Below are positions 50,811 through 63,850 of a DNA stretch of 64,000 bases, piece after piece (positions within the stretch are counted from its first letter, which is position 1; each line of letters begins with the position of its first letter). Location: the NCBI RefSeq assembly GCF_006345805.1, contig NC_043007.1, positions 40,300,001 to 40,364,000 of the forward strand. Direction: 5' to 3'. The stretch is from Octopus sinensis. Its lineage: Eukaryota. A program made the position numbers and the translations under genes. Under the pieces are notes generated by a model. The model was given only the letters and a program-made list of their open reading frames with translations. It was not told the origin of the DNA and ran no database searches.

Positions 50811-51639
50811 CCAGTGTGTGTGTGTGAGTGTATGTATGTATGCATTCTATGTGCGTGTATGTATATATCATCATCTGTTTTCCATGCTGGCATGGGTTGG
50901 ACGGTTTGACTGAAAACTGATAAACTGGGGAGCTGCTCCAGGTTTCAATCTGATTTGGCATGGTTTCTACAACTAGATGTCCTTCCTAATGCCAACCACA
51001 CCAAGAGTGTATATATCTGTATATATGTGTGTGTATATATATATGTATATATAGAGAGAGAGAGAAAGAGAGAGGTACAAACACACACATATATACCTAC
51101 ACACATACATATATGTACACATATATATATATAGAGAGAGAGAGACTTGCAGAAAAAATGTGAGTGCAGGAGTGGTAGTATTCTTAGTTAATTGAAATTA
51201 ATTAACCCGCAAAGTACAGGATGAGAATTAGAAGCTTAAAAATATTACAGCTTAAGTTAGAACTGAAATAAAATATCTAATATATATTTTCAAGATAATG
51301 GCACACATGCCCTACTGATTCTGATAAGGTGGTAACATGGAAGTGATACTAGAAGAGATTGTTGAATGCGGAGACACTATAGGGGAGAGAGAGAGGCACT
51401 ACACTGCATAGACCCAACAGAGAGAACAGCCATCCAAGTTGACAGCAATATTGCAGACAGAGCAATAAGGGATGTATAAAAACAAGGAAAGCAGCTGGGC
51501 TACGAGGGAATGTTGCCAAGATACTTAAAATATCTGGTGGAGTGAGTATAGGATAGTCACTTGAATAGTAAAGTAATTAATACAAGGTGTAATATCCAGT
51601 GACTAGATCTGTAGTATTATAGTAAATTGCTACATGAGT

Positions 51640-51940
51640 AAGAGAGAGGCACAAGGATGAGGTAACTGCAGAAGCATCAAACTGTTGGGTCAGGTTATGA
51701 AAGTTACAGAAAGAGCATTTGCAAAACTGATTAGAGACAGGAGTAATCTTTGTGCCAGGGACAGGCACTGCTGATACTATATTTCTCAGGAGACAAAAGC
51801 AAAAGAAATTCAAGGCTTGATATAAGCCTTTATACCTAATGTTTGTTGATCTGGTATAGGCCTTTTCCAGGGTCCCTTGCACTGTGATTAGGTGGTTGCT
51901 AAGGAAATTAGGAATAGATGAATGGGTTGTAGCTCAGCAG
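51640..51940 (+). mobile_element. Old RTE LINE reverse-transcriptase remnant
   Basis: FVPGTGTADTIFLRRQ and FVDLV*AFSRVPCTVIRWLLRKLGIDEWVV match the RTE RT motifs F.PGRGT.DAIF and FVDLEKAFDRVP. Confidence 0.75.
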
Positions 51941-52125
51941 CTTCCATTGCTGACACTGCCAAATTGTACAATATTGTTATCAGGTGTCAAAATTATGATG
52001 GTATTTGATCAACATCTGATGAAGGATCGAGCATGTTTGTGTTGTCTGTTGTGTATTTTTCAGTTTTTTTTTGTTTTTTTGTGCCAAGTCTTTACCATCA
52101 CTCTGTGCCATCTTTCTCATGATAA

Positions 52126-52157
<32 letters not shown>

Positions 52158-52254
52158 ATGGAGAACACACACACACAAATATAGTCAGGCCTGAGAATGA
52201 CTTCCTATCATTCCAGTTTTCTATTGCATAGTGCCAATTTACTTGATGCCTAAA

Positions 52255-52460
52255 GAGGCAAGCTGGCAGAAATGTTAGTATGCCGGGCAAAATGCTTATC
52301 GGTATTTCGTCTGTCTTTATGTTCTGAGTTCAAATTCTGCCAAGGTCAACTTTGCCTTTCATCTTTTCGAGGTTGATAAATTAAGTAGCAGTTGCATACT
52401 GGGGTCGATCTAATCGACTGGCTCCCTCACCCAAAATTTAAGGCCTTGTACCTAGAGTAG
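52255..52460 (+). mobile_element. Family-B SINE
   Basis: AGGCAAGCTGGCAGAAATGTTAG...GTTCAAATTCTGCC...CTTTGCCTTTCATC. Confidence 0.82.
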
Positions 52461-52779
52461 GAAAAAATTTACTTGATACCAGGTCCTGCATCAGGTACAA
52501 TAGAAAACACAGGCCCATGAGTATCACCTTGGAAATCTGCCCTATATACTAGCAGTCACTGACTTCTTGTTGGGCTTATTCACAGGTATCAGGTATCCTC
52601 TTTCCTCCCTCCAACCAGTTTCAGAGGTGCTACAAATGTCATGAGCACAGCTCAGTCCCTTTTTGGTTTAGGCACTCAGCCATAACTTTAATAAATGCAT
52701 GGTAAATTATTCTGTTGAGAAACTGTTATATCACAATACTACACAGTGTCTGTGTGAGCTACGAAATCCTCATCGCCAC

Positions 52780-52909
52780 TGTTATTTCACACGTTCAGAT
52801 GCCTCTACTACTCAGCTCTTCTCTTGACTCAGCTCAACGTCTAGGCTTCTCCCTCTATATCAACGTATTGGGCTAGCCTACTTCATCATCTGGGGGCGTC
52901 CACACAACA
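52780..52909 (-). mobile_element. Short LTR-like segment followed by a Gypsy-type primer-binding-like site
   Basis: Minus strand TGTTGTG...AATAACA (TG...CA ends, TGTT/AACA inverted), immediately followed by GTGGCGATGAGG. Confidence 0.45.
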
Positions 52910-53639
52910 GAAACACAGTGAAATGCTAGCAGTGGAATGGAACTCACAACCCAGTGTGCAGATAGCGCAATACCCTAACCATTCAGCTATCTCTTCTCTC
53001 CCTCTCCCTCTCTTATCCCCCTCTCTCTCTCTTTATAGATGATAAAGACTTTCTTGAAACAGATTAGGATTTGGCAACTATAAAGCGGAGAAAACAAAGT
53101 GATTCATCATCATCATCATCATCATCATTATGTTATATAAAAGTACTCTTGCTAGCCTTAGCTTATTCTTTCAGAGTGGTGATGATGATGATGATGATGA
53201 TAATGGTGGTGATGGTGGTGTTGGTGGCGGTGGAAAGGATGGAATGCTGACACTGTTGGTTTTATACTTTCCATTATCTCCCCTATTTCAAATAGACTTA
53301 GAATTGAAACTCCATTTTCAATGAGTGAATGAATGTACATGTGTATCTATAAGTGTTTGTGTGTGTGAATGACCGAGTGGAGGCACCTATCTCCATGGGA
53401 AATAGAAAAATGAAGAGAAATAACCAAAAGAGTGGGGAAGGTGGTGGCTGGTAATGGTGGTAATGTAGTGTTGTGGTTGTTATACGGGGGGGGGGATTGT
53501 AGCAGAGGTGGGTGGGGGGGGGGGTTAATGATTATAAATAAGTACAGAGATCTGCTGACCTGAAGAGAACACTGATAAGAAATGCAAATATTCAAGTAGA
53601 TAGCAAATATTAGTAATAAATTTAGTAGTTGTGGGGGTA

Positions 53640-54280
53640 CCGATAATGATGGTGATGATGGTGGTGGTGGTGGTGGCAGCAGTGGTGATGATGGAAGTGG
53701 TGGTGGTGGCGGCAGTGGTGGTGGTGAGTGATGTGATAGGTGGAAGTCGAGGTACTACTAGTAGATGCTAGTGGGAGTGGTAGTTATAATGGTAGTAATA
53801 GTTAGTGGTGGTGATAGTGATGATAATAGTAATGGTATGGTAGTGGTAATGGTGACAGCATAGCAGTGTGTATGTGTGTGTGTGCGTGCAGTGGTTGTGA
53901 TGTTGCTGATGGTAATGGTGGTGGTGTATGGTAGTAGTGTTGGTAGTGGTGTTGTTGGTGGTGGTGTTGGTAGTGGTGGTGGTGGTGCTGGTGGTAGTAG
54001 TGGTAGTGGTGTTAATAGTGGTGGTGGTGTTGGCAGTAGTTGTGGTGTTGGTGGTAGTGGTGGTGGTGTTGGCGGAGTTAATTGTAGTGGTAATATATGC
54101 AGTAGTGGTGGTGGTATTGTTGTTGGTAGTGGTGGTGGTAGTGGTGGTGTTGTTGGTGGTAGTGGTGGTGGTGTTGGTCATAGTGGTTGTGATGTTGCTG
54201 ATGGCAGTAGCTGTGATGGTAGTGGTGGCGGCTTTAGTAATGATGTCATAGTGACAGTGGTAATAAATATTGGTGAAGAA
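53640..54280. repeat. Degenerate (GGT)n/(GGTAGT)n low-complexity tract
   Basis: Direct reading. Confidence 0.9.
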
Positions 54281-54789
54281 TACAGAAGTATAAGCAAGAT
54301 ATGTATATATATATATATATATATATGAATATATAACTGACATTGAGGATAACAGCAGTCGTTGTAGTGGCCAGGACTGGATTAACTATAAAACAAAATC
54401 AGCACGTGTTTAGTGCAACAAGAGAAAGGCAGGTGCTGGGTGGGGAAGGAGCGGGATTTATATTCACCATGGTGCAAATTGTGCAGCTGAATTTGCAGTT
54501 TTTCTTCTTCCTCAAGGGACAAGTCAATATTTTGCATATATTGTTACTGCTATTTAAGGTAATTGAAAAGAACAAAAAAAAAGTTATATTTAATATATTT
54601 GGGGGAGAGGGGTCAGGGAGGTCTGGTCTGGTCTGGCCTGGAAGAAAATTGAGTATTCAATTTATAGTTTTACATTCGGCTGTTATATGTTAACCCTTTT
54701 GACACCAATCTGCTTGAAATAGTCCCCTTCACCACTGTCCTGCACAGTTTTTGTGAAACAAACTTCCTGTCTTACCTCTTTACCATTCA

Positions 54790-55410
54790 GATTGCATTGA
54801 CTAATGTAATGTTTATTTCTTCACATTGTTTTCAATAAATCACGCATTACCTCATAACTTTGAGAGTTTGGTGGTGTGATAGTTTTTATTTTTATTCTTT
54901 TACTTGTTTCAGTCATTTGACAGTGACCATACTGGAGCACTGCTTTGAAGGAAGGGCTTTAGTCGAATGAATTAACTCCAGGGCTTATATTTTCTTTAAA
55001 GCTTAGTATTTATGCAATCAGTCGTTTTTGCTGAACTGCTAAGTTACGGGGATATAAACACACCAACACCAGTTGTCAAGCAGTGTTGGTGGGGACAAAC
55101 ACAGGCTACAAAGATACACACACACACACACACACATATACGACGGGTTTCTTTCAGTTTCCATCTACCAAATCCACTCACAAGGCTTTGGTCAGCCCGA
55201 GGTTATAGTAGAAAACACTTGCCCTAGGTGTCATGCAGTGAGACTGAACTCAGAACCATGTGGTTGGAAGGCAAGCTTCTTACCATAAAGTCACACCTGC
55301 AACACCTGCACATAGAATGATAATTGCAGGGTAGGTGTGAGGGGCCAGACCCAGCTGGTTTCAGCATAGAACAGGTAGAATATTTGGGCCAGATATGGCT
55401 AGTTTAAATG
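54790..55410. mobile_element. Second, inverted copy of the 7567-7787 MITE family, interrupted by a family-A SINE
   Basis: 54790-54890 and 55313-55410 match the reverse complement of the two halves of the 7567-7787 element. Confidence 0.65.
54895..55290 (-). mobile_element. Family-A SINE nested in a piggyBac-type MITE
   Basis: Reverse complement of the family-A blocks; MITE halves on either side. Confidence 0.82.
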
Positions 55411-55760
55411 CTAAATTCAGTTGATAATGACTGTTATTTTACTAAATTCTTCTTTCTTTTCAAAATGAATAGAAACAGTGTCAATGTATTCCAGTATAAA
55501 TATAGAAACAAAAATATTAACAACAAGTTAGCTATATGACAGAAGGGTTCCTGTGCTTAGGGCATCAGTTGGCCTTACTTCAGCCTTGGTATAGTAATGG
55601 TGATTACCAAAAAGAAATTTTCATAAACATATTTAATACTCTGTGGAGGTGCTTAGCATAATAGTTAGAGTGTTGCAACTCACAATCTTGCAGTCATGGT
55701 TTTGATTCCAAGATTAGTGGCACATTGTATTCTTGAGCAAAGCATTTCATTTTATGATGT

Positions 55761-55895
55761 AGGCGCGGGCATGGCTGTGTGGTTAGGGAGCTTGCTTCCT
55801 AGCTACATGGTTTCGGGTTCAGTCCCACTGTGTGGCACTTTGGGTAGGTGTCTTCCACTATAGCCCCGAGCCGACCGGAGCTTTGTGATTGAATT
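55761..55895 (+). mobile_element. Family-A SINE head and core
   Basis: AGGCGCGGGCATGGCTGTGTGG...GGCACTTTGGGTAGGTGTCTT. Confidence 0.75.
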
Positions 55896-56857
55896 CGGTA
55901 GGTGGAAGTTACTGCCGTGTGTGTATGTGTGCGTATAGCTGCTCAGTGCCTCTCCGAAAGAGAGAGAGGGATGCTTCAATCTCCTTAGCTGTAAATGGGT
56001 TACCCTGCAACGGACTAGAGTTCAGGGGTGTATATCCCGAGTGTGCTAGGTGTGCTGCACACCCATTGAAAACAGCAAATTCACTATAAATATTAACTTT
56101 ACTCAGAACTTTTTGTTACAACTCTGCTTGAAATCTGGTAGCACTGGGTGTGACAACAACCACCACATGCCACTGCTAGAGTTCCATTCAAAGGGAATGT
56201 TGGCCAGAATGCCAGCCCAGCTGGCAGGGTAGAATCATTCAAAAGCTACAATGCGAGGAAGCACATTGTGACCATCAATGTATAATGTATAACATCTGAG
56301 AATCTTAGTCAATATAGCAATTCAGTGATTTTGATACTCTATTCTCAGTATTGAGTACTTGTTTTTATAGTTCGTTTTTACACCAAAGACTTTACATTTG
56401 AAGTGCTTACATGTGTGTGTGTGTGTGTGCTCGCGCGCATGCGCATGCATGTATGATATTTCATAAAATTATATACTTAATCTTATCAGTTATTTGGCTA
56501 AATATACTTATAGATCCATAAATGTAACTTTCAAGTGCCGTAAATTAGAAATATATTGGGTTGAGCGTTTCCTCAATTAAAAGATTAGGTTTCAAAAGAT
56601 AAAGAAAGAAAATTGTGCAAATGAAAAAAAAATGGTATTGAGAATAGAGGGAAAAACTAAAAGTGTAGAAAAGAACAGACTGAACTAGGTAGACAAGGTA
56701 TACAAATATACAAAACAGCAACCAAATAGGGGCTCAACAGAAAGCAGAGGCCGCTTCATGAGAAAACCTTAAGAAAGTGAAAGAAAAGGAAGAGATGAGA
56801 CAGACAAACCGATATAGAGATGCATATCTAAAGTAATAGTTTGTATTCAACAGTATA

Positions 56858-57010
56858 TCTATATATATAAAACTGAGAATGTGTTTGTCTGTCTGTCTGT
56901 ATGTGTGCATCACTAAAACTCAAGAATTACCAGACGGATTTCATTCAAATTTTACACAAGCTTTACTTGCAGTGTCATGGGCCAAAAACAATTTTAACTT
57001 CTTGCCTAAT
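56858..57010 (+). mobile_element. Possible non-autonomous Helitron 5' portion
   Basis: A|TCTATATATATAAAA, then a (GTCT)n tract and ...CGGATTTCATTCAAATTTTACAC, an architecture typical of small Helitrons. No clear CTAG 3' end seen. Confidence 0.4.
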
Positions 57011-57329
57011 GCAAGCCCGGAGAAATCTTTTACAAAAAAAAAAAAATTTTCTGTTAAAATGTCTTATTGACGAATTTCATTTCTTCACTTCCCTGAAGAG
57101 AAGATTACATTGTTTTAAACATTCCAGCTTGCTAACTGCAGGATTGGTGGTTTCTTGTCTTTTAGTTGTTTGCCTGGTGCACAGGTTGCAGGCTGTTTTT
57201 CAAGTCAAACTCTTAGCTCCAAGCACCCAATGAAGCAGGTGGCCTGTGGCGGGTCAACACCTTATTACCCGGGGGCTGCTCAGCTTGAGGTGGGCAGTAG
57301 CTAACCAATGGGACACGGGGGTCAGACTA

Positions 57330-57990
57330 CATTGGACATCCCAAACATACATTTCGGAAACCAAAGACTACAGGAGGTGGAGAAGTTTACCTATCTTGGC
57401 TCTACCATCACCTACAACCTATCTCTTGATGGCAAGCTCAATATACACATTGGCAAGGCAGCTGCTGTGATGGCCCAACTCTCCAAACAGGCTTGGGACA
57501 ACAAAAAGCTGACTAAGACAACAAAAATGAAGATTTACCAGGCATGTGTACTTAGCACTCTACTGTATGGAAGTGAGACTTGGACGCCATACACACGCCA
57601 AGAGCGTCGCCTAAATATCTTTCACCTGCACTGCCTCCAGAAAATCCTCGGCATCAAATGGCAAAATCATGTACCCAACAAAGATGTCCTCAAGCAAGCA
57701 GGAATACCAAGCATGTTTGCACTCCTCACATAAAGACGTATGCGATGACTTAGACATGTTAGCCGTATGGAAGATGGCAGAATCCCCAAGGACATACTCT
57801 ACAGAGAGCTTGCTAGGGGCACTAGGTCTGTGGGAAGACTGTTCTTATGATACAAGGATGCTTGCAAAAGGGACATGAAGGCCTGTGACATCAATATTAG
57901 CAACTGGATAGAAGTTGCCAGCAACAGTGGAGATTGGCAACGTACTGTAAAAGAGGAAACACAAAGGAGGGGAAATGGAAAGACAAGAAA
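57330..57990 (+). mobile_element. 5'-truncated RTE-clade LINE fragment (RT C-terminal region)
   Basis: LQEVEKFTYLGSTI, KMKIYQACVLSTLLYGSETW, RRLNIFHLHCLQKILGIKWQ and MEDGRIPKDILYREL are typical RTE motifs; in-frame stops present. Confidence 0.9.
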
Positions 57991-58159
57991 AAACGTCAAC
58001 AAGAAACCATGACATTACAACCAACCAGGCAAAGTCGTCACTATATTTGAGGCGCCTACCAGAGGGAGTGTTTGTCCAGGACAGGACCACAATACACCCA
58101 CAGCAAGATGTATTAGGACATGAAATGTAAAAGCCGGACTAGACAAAAAGGATGCCAAC

Positions 58160-58192
<33 letters not shown>

Positions 58193-59410
58193 GACAGTAA
58201 TATGAAGGCATTGGTTCATGCCTCATGTGCTCTGATTGGAGCAGAAAAAAATTACAATCAGATAGAGAAAGAAGTTCTAGTGATTATTTTTGCCGGGAAG
58301 AAATTTCACAGATTTCTCCACAGTAGAAGTTTTCAGCTTCACGCGGACCACCAACCGTTACTATCAATTTTCAGGTTGCAGAAAGGAATTCCTACCCATA
58401 CAACTAACAGATTAAAACACTGGGGTACAATATTGTTAAATTACAACTTTAAGATGGAGTTCATTTTTTCTAAGAAAATTGACCATGCAGATTGTTTATC
58501 TAGGCTAATTCTGAAGAATGTAGAACCACTGGTATATATGGTGATAGCTGCATTACAATCAGAAAAGGAACGAGTTAGGGAATGATGAAGTGCTAAATAA
58601 ATTCTTAAGGGTGTACAGAATAACACCCAATCCAAATACCAGTTCAGGCAGGTCGCTTTCAGAACTAATGTTCGCTTGAGAGATTAAACTGATCTTTGAC
58701 AAATTGTTGCCAAAGGAAAAAACATATAGAGAAAATGCAAAAAATTCAACTAAACATTTTGATGTCGGAGACAAAGTTCATTTCAAAGTATACAAGAATG
58801 GTAAAGAGAGTTGGCAGGATGGTGAAGTGACCAAAAAATTTTGCGAACATGATGTGCTTAGTAAAAAGACAATGATGGGAGCATAAATGACACCCAAATC
58901 AATTAAAAATCAGAAATACAGAAGAAAGGAAGAAAATGCCAATGGAACTGTTTTATGACATGTTTGATGTACCAGCACTGAAAGAGATTGAGCCTAGAAA
59001 GATCAGTAATAGAAAACATAAACAGACTGAACATTTAGAAATAATTCCTAAGCGGAAAAGGTACTGAACTCCCTCATGAAGCAAAATTTCAAAAAGGGAG
59101 AGGCATTGGAAAGAAAGAAAAAAAATACTAAAATGAATTTCACTTCCTACAGAAGTTAAAATCTCAAAAGGGGAGATGTTATGGCAAGAATCACAACATC
59201 TCCTGCGAGAACAGACTTGACCGAATGACTATAAACAGTAGCGATCTGAGTGAGGCGGTGTAGGCATTAATCATAGGAAGTCATAAGGTGTCATTTTGGT
59301 AGTTTGTTGGAATATCACATTGTTGTTAACCCTGCTTTGTTATATGTTTTATTGTTACTACAGTTATAGTATAAAAAAAATATTGTCATAAATAGTGGCG
59401 ATACTACAAT
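58193..59410 (+). mobile_element. Internally deleted Gypsy LTR-retrotransposon remnant: RNase H, integrase C-terminus, PPT and probable 3' LTR
   Basis: HASCALIGAEKNYNQIEKEVLVIIFAGKKFHRFL...DHQPLL...HADCLSRL (Ty3/Gypsy RNase H), then NKFLRVYRITPN...FDVGDKV (integrase C-terminus). Purine tract AAAAGGGGAGA is followed by TGTTATGG at ~59177. Confidence 0.85.
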
Positions 59411-60489
59411 AATTGGCAATGAGTAACTACGTTATAATAATATATTAAATGATTATATACAAAATGATAACAAACAGATGAACAGAGCTATGTCAGTCTG
59501 TATGATTGCATCTATTATTTGTGTGTATTTGTGTGTGCTTTAGAAAGAGAGGTTTTGATGTGGGCGAATTTTCTGGGTCACCCCTTCCACACACACACAC
59601 ATGCATACAAATACCAGTTTTCCACCCCTTCCCTTCCAGTATCACTTGCTTACCTCATCACATTAGAAAGGAGAGAGAGAGAGAGGGAATAAACTGCCAT
59701 TAGATTGTTATAAAAAGTGTGGTCATGTTGAGCAATTACAGAGAAGTTTTCTCTCTTCTCCTACCTTATAACTCATAATTTAGTAAGTGACATTTAACTT
59801 AGCGACTTGACACATATTGCCTTTGATACTGTTGTTTAACACCAGGTCACCCATGTCTAAGAAGACCTATGGTAAAATGTATTCTAGCAATGACCAATGA
59901 GTATTGTATATCTAAGCTTACAATAGTATGTAATTGAGGGAGGGAAACTATTCTCTCTTTCTCGTCAAAAGAAGGCAATAGGTTCATGTACAGAATAAAC
60001 TCATTTTTTCACCAGATCCATACTGCAAATGATAACAGCTGTTCAACATAAACCCACAAATTGACAATGACAAACTGAAGAACTGTCTACTAAAAAGATA
60101 TATCACATGTTTGTGATTAGAAAGAATCAGTTGCCAGTGGCTTTAACAAGAACATGCCTGTAGAGTTTATCTTGAAAAAGGGGTTAAGACCCTCTACAGC
60201 AATACCATACCAAGGATGTTTGGAAATTGTCCAAAATCCCTGATGTGAAAGTACTCATGGCTACTCAGAATCACTCCTGCATTTTTATTACCCATATCCT
60301 CTACTAACCCTCTACAAAATGAGGGTTAACATTCCACCAACCATACAGATTTACTGGCAGAGAGCCGTGAGTACCTGGATATATAGTAGATGTCCAATAC
60401 CCAGCCATGGTCTGTACTTCACCCAGGACTACATCTTGGTCAAAGAGATCAGCTACAGGATGTGTCGCACAAACATTTATAACACTCAG

Positions 60490-60805
60490 TTTACCAATGT
60501 TGTGAGCCAGGAACCTCTAGACATGCCATGCCAGTGTGTCATCAGCCACAGCATATGGACTTTCCTGACCACAAACATTGTGTCACACAAACACTGACCA
60601 CAAACAGTTGTTATTCTTTGTTTAACAGTGTTGTGAACCAGGAACCTCTACAGACATATCATACCAGAGTGCCATCAACAGCGTAGGGCCCTTCCTGACC
60701 AATAACAATATGTCACACAAAAACTGATCACACTTTGTTTACCATTGTTGTGAGCCAGGAACCTCTAGACATGTCATGCCAATATATCATCAGCTACAGC
60801 ATCCC
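60490..60805. repeat. Diverged minisatellite, ~2.5 copies of ~120-130 bp
   Basis: TTGTGA(G/A)CCAGGAACCTCTA at 60500, 60631 and 60748. Confidence 0.9.
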
Positions 60806-63176
60806 AAGACATCCCACCTACCCCACCACTTGCCAACCACACACAGGGTAACTGTTGGCAGCATATGGATCTTCTTGACCAGCAGTTCTTGTCACTTCCT
60901 GAAGAAGCAAAGCAGTGAGCACACCAAACAGGTCAGCAGTTTTCATGCACAAGGTCCAATTGTCAGGTGGTAATACATCACCAAATAATTAACACCCATC
61001 AAGTCACCTACATTAGTTGAAAATATTCAATTCGATAATTCCCACCGAGCAGTAAAGACCACGATAAGCACACTACAATGATTTCACCCTCTTCAGCCAT
61101 CATCTCTTTCTACTCTCTGTGACCCCTCGCCGGATGTTTTATTGAAAATTTGATTATTCAACTGAAGAGAATACTTCAGATTGAAACACTATCAATAAGG
61201 GGTCACAGTCAAGAGAAAGACGGCTTCCAACTACTTAGTCATCAATGCTCCCATCACACCTCAACCCCACATCACTGATATCTACATGTAAGACTTTCCA
61301 GATCAAAGTATGAATACCCCCCCCTTGTGTATGTATGTGTGTATACACGTGCATGCACATGTATTTGTGCAAGTATATATACACGTGTGAGTGTGTGTGT
61401 CTTCACACATATGCATAAGCACACACTCACACAAACATTTGCACTGCTAGTTTGAATGCAGTAATAAGACAGACAATCCGATGACTGCCGGGAGATCAAA
61501 GAGATCAAAGCGTTAGTCTAGATATGTATTGTAAAATAAACACTTGAAAGATGAAACCAATAATTACAAATAATTATAATCTCGTTAACAACTTGTTTCA
61601 GATATTTAAATATGTAATACAGAATTATATCCTGCTTCTCTTTAACCTGGCTTGGTTTCTCATTGTAATCAGTCATAACCAAGTAACTACAGCAGCTGTA
61701 AAGTGACTGTTATCTACATAAAGACATGACACCTACATAAGATTTTTTTTTTTTAATTTAACCCTTTTCAGGTGGCGAGCTGACAGAATCATTGGTACAC
61801 CAGACAAAGTGCTTAACAGTATTTAATCTGTCTCTCTGTTCTGAATCCAAAATCCACTGAGGTCAGCTTTGCATTTCATCATTTCAGAGGTCAATAAAAT
61901 AAATATCAGTCAGATACTGGAGACAGTGCTGGATTAACCATAAAGCAAAATAAACACAAGCTTAGCACATCAAGGGATGGGGGCACTACAGAAATGAAAA
62001 TGTCTTATGGCGTGAAAGAAATCAATTTAAACTTGCTAAAATGCCAATCATGAGTCCAACACCCTAATTTGAGGAAGAGTTAACTGATATTTCTAGCAGA
62101 TCAAGCAACCACACAGAGGTTCTTTTCTGTAAACCATTTCATTGTAAGAAATTTTGAAGCCCAAATTTTTTTCCAGTGTTTAATCAACTTTCATATCGAT
62201 CTCACTGAGAAACATAAGCCCTCGAAAGGGATAGCTTCAAAGGCCTAGCATAATAACTTCCTTTGTACTGATAGAATACCAGTCACATAGTGAGGTTCAT
62301 TGCTCTCTCTCTCTCTTGCTCTATCTGTCTGTCTTTCTCTCTCTCTCTCTCTTGCTCTGTCTGTCTGTCTGTCTGTCTTTCTCTCTCTCTAATGTATGTA
62401 TTTATATTGTCGTCATCAGTCAGAAATACCTATGAGATGGATCATGGGGTACCACACACAACAGCCCTTTTCCCAGAAATGAAGAAGAGGTGTACAGGGA
62501 TCTAGTAACCTCATCTCTTGTCTGACATTGCATCAATATGATGTACAGTATGAAACAATAATTAAGGAAAAAGATTAAAGATATACAAGGTAAACAAACT
62601 CATTTTCTGTTCCCAGCAAATACAAACCAATTTGGAATGGTGGAAAAGAAGACATCAAAACCAGACTGGCAAGACATTTTCTTTGATACAATAGTTGCAA
62701 TTTTGCAGTACTATATTTTCTCAATCACAGCTAAATGACAGCAAATTTTTACTTTTTTAACTTGCTCTGTACATCTGCAAGCCAAAACATTGTAAGTTAT
62801 AGATTTCTAATAGATCAATCACAGGTTCAGAGTAGTTGCTTTATTCAAAGAAACTTTTCACAGAGCCATATTTATCAAGTGGTGGGTGAAAGCAATTATA
62901 TGAAAAAGAGAAAAAAAAACCCAGCTCCACCCATGATATTAACAAGTTATAAAAACAAATAGTTGTGCTACAGCCTAACCCTAACCCACATTGGAAATAA
63001 CATGAATATAAAACTAATAATCACAATAATGAAGATGTATTTTTCAATACTGTTTAGACTAAGGGGCAGCCCTAATCAAGCAAGCCCAAGGTCAAAGGTG
63101 TTACGGTTATGTCCATTCTTCTCTTTATGAGAAACTGCATCTAAATCTATATTATCCTTCCCTTTATAAGTTGGTG

Positions 63177-63510
63177 TGAAGGGCATGGCCCAGTGGTTAG
63201 AGCATCGGGCTCACAATCATGAGGTAGTGAGCTCAATTCCCAGACTGGGCTCTGTGTTGTGTTCTTGAACAAGACACTCTATTTCCTGTTGCTCCAGTTC
63301 ACCCAGCCGCAGAAATGGGTTGTGATGTCACTGGTGGCAAGCTGTATCAGCCTTTGCCTTTCCCTTGGATAACATTATTGGCATGGAGAGAGGAGTCTGG
63401 TATGCATGGGCAACTGCTGGTCTTCCATAAACAATCTTTCCCAAACCTATGCCTCACAGGGTTACTTTCTAGGTGCAATCCTATGGTCATTCATGAGTGA
63501 AGGGGGTCAC
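63177..63510 (+). mobile_element. tRNA-derived SINE family C
   Basis: Collinear with 43855-44190. Confidence 0.82.
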
Positions 63511-63639
63511 TATAATATGAATTAAGAGAAACTTGACTTTTATTCCTGCAAGGGAAAGTAAATGGGCATAAAGGGTCATGTGGCTGTGACACTGTCAACA
63601 TCAGTGGTTACAACACTGGTGTAGACATAGAACAAGGCA

Positions 63640-63850
63640 ATAAATTGGTAGAATCATTATCACATCAGACAAAATGCTTAGCAGCATTTCATCTGTCTTT
63701 ATGTTCTGAGTTCAAATTCCGCCAAAGTCAACTTTTGCTTTTCATCCTTTGGAGTCGATAAAATAAGTATCAGTTAAACACTGGGGTCCATATACTTGAC
63801 CTCCCCTTCTCCCCCGAAAGTACTGGCCTTGTGCCAAAATTTGAAACCAA
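63640..63850 (+). mobile_element. Family-B SINE (other diverged copies near 10540, 13860, 24190, 31095, 46290, 61770)
   Basis: Same blocks. Confidence 0.75.

Noticed and set aside
53768-54343. Thr-rich or Gly/Ser-rich mucin-like ORFs (also 26637-27229)
   Set aside because: All frames are open because of (GGT)n low complexity; no splice or homology support.
61160-61200. Possible further hammerhead CTGAAGA...GAAAC
   Set aside because: Stem II is only about 3 bp, there is no NUH triplet in register and no second copy in the window; too weak to call.
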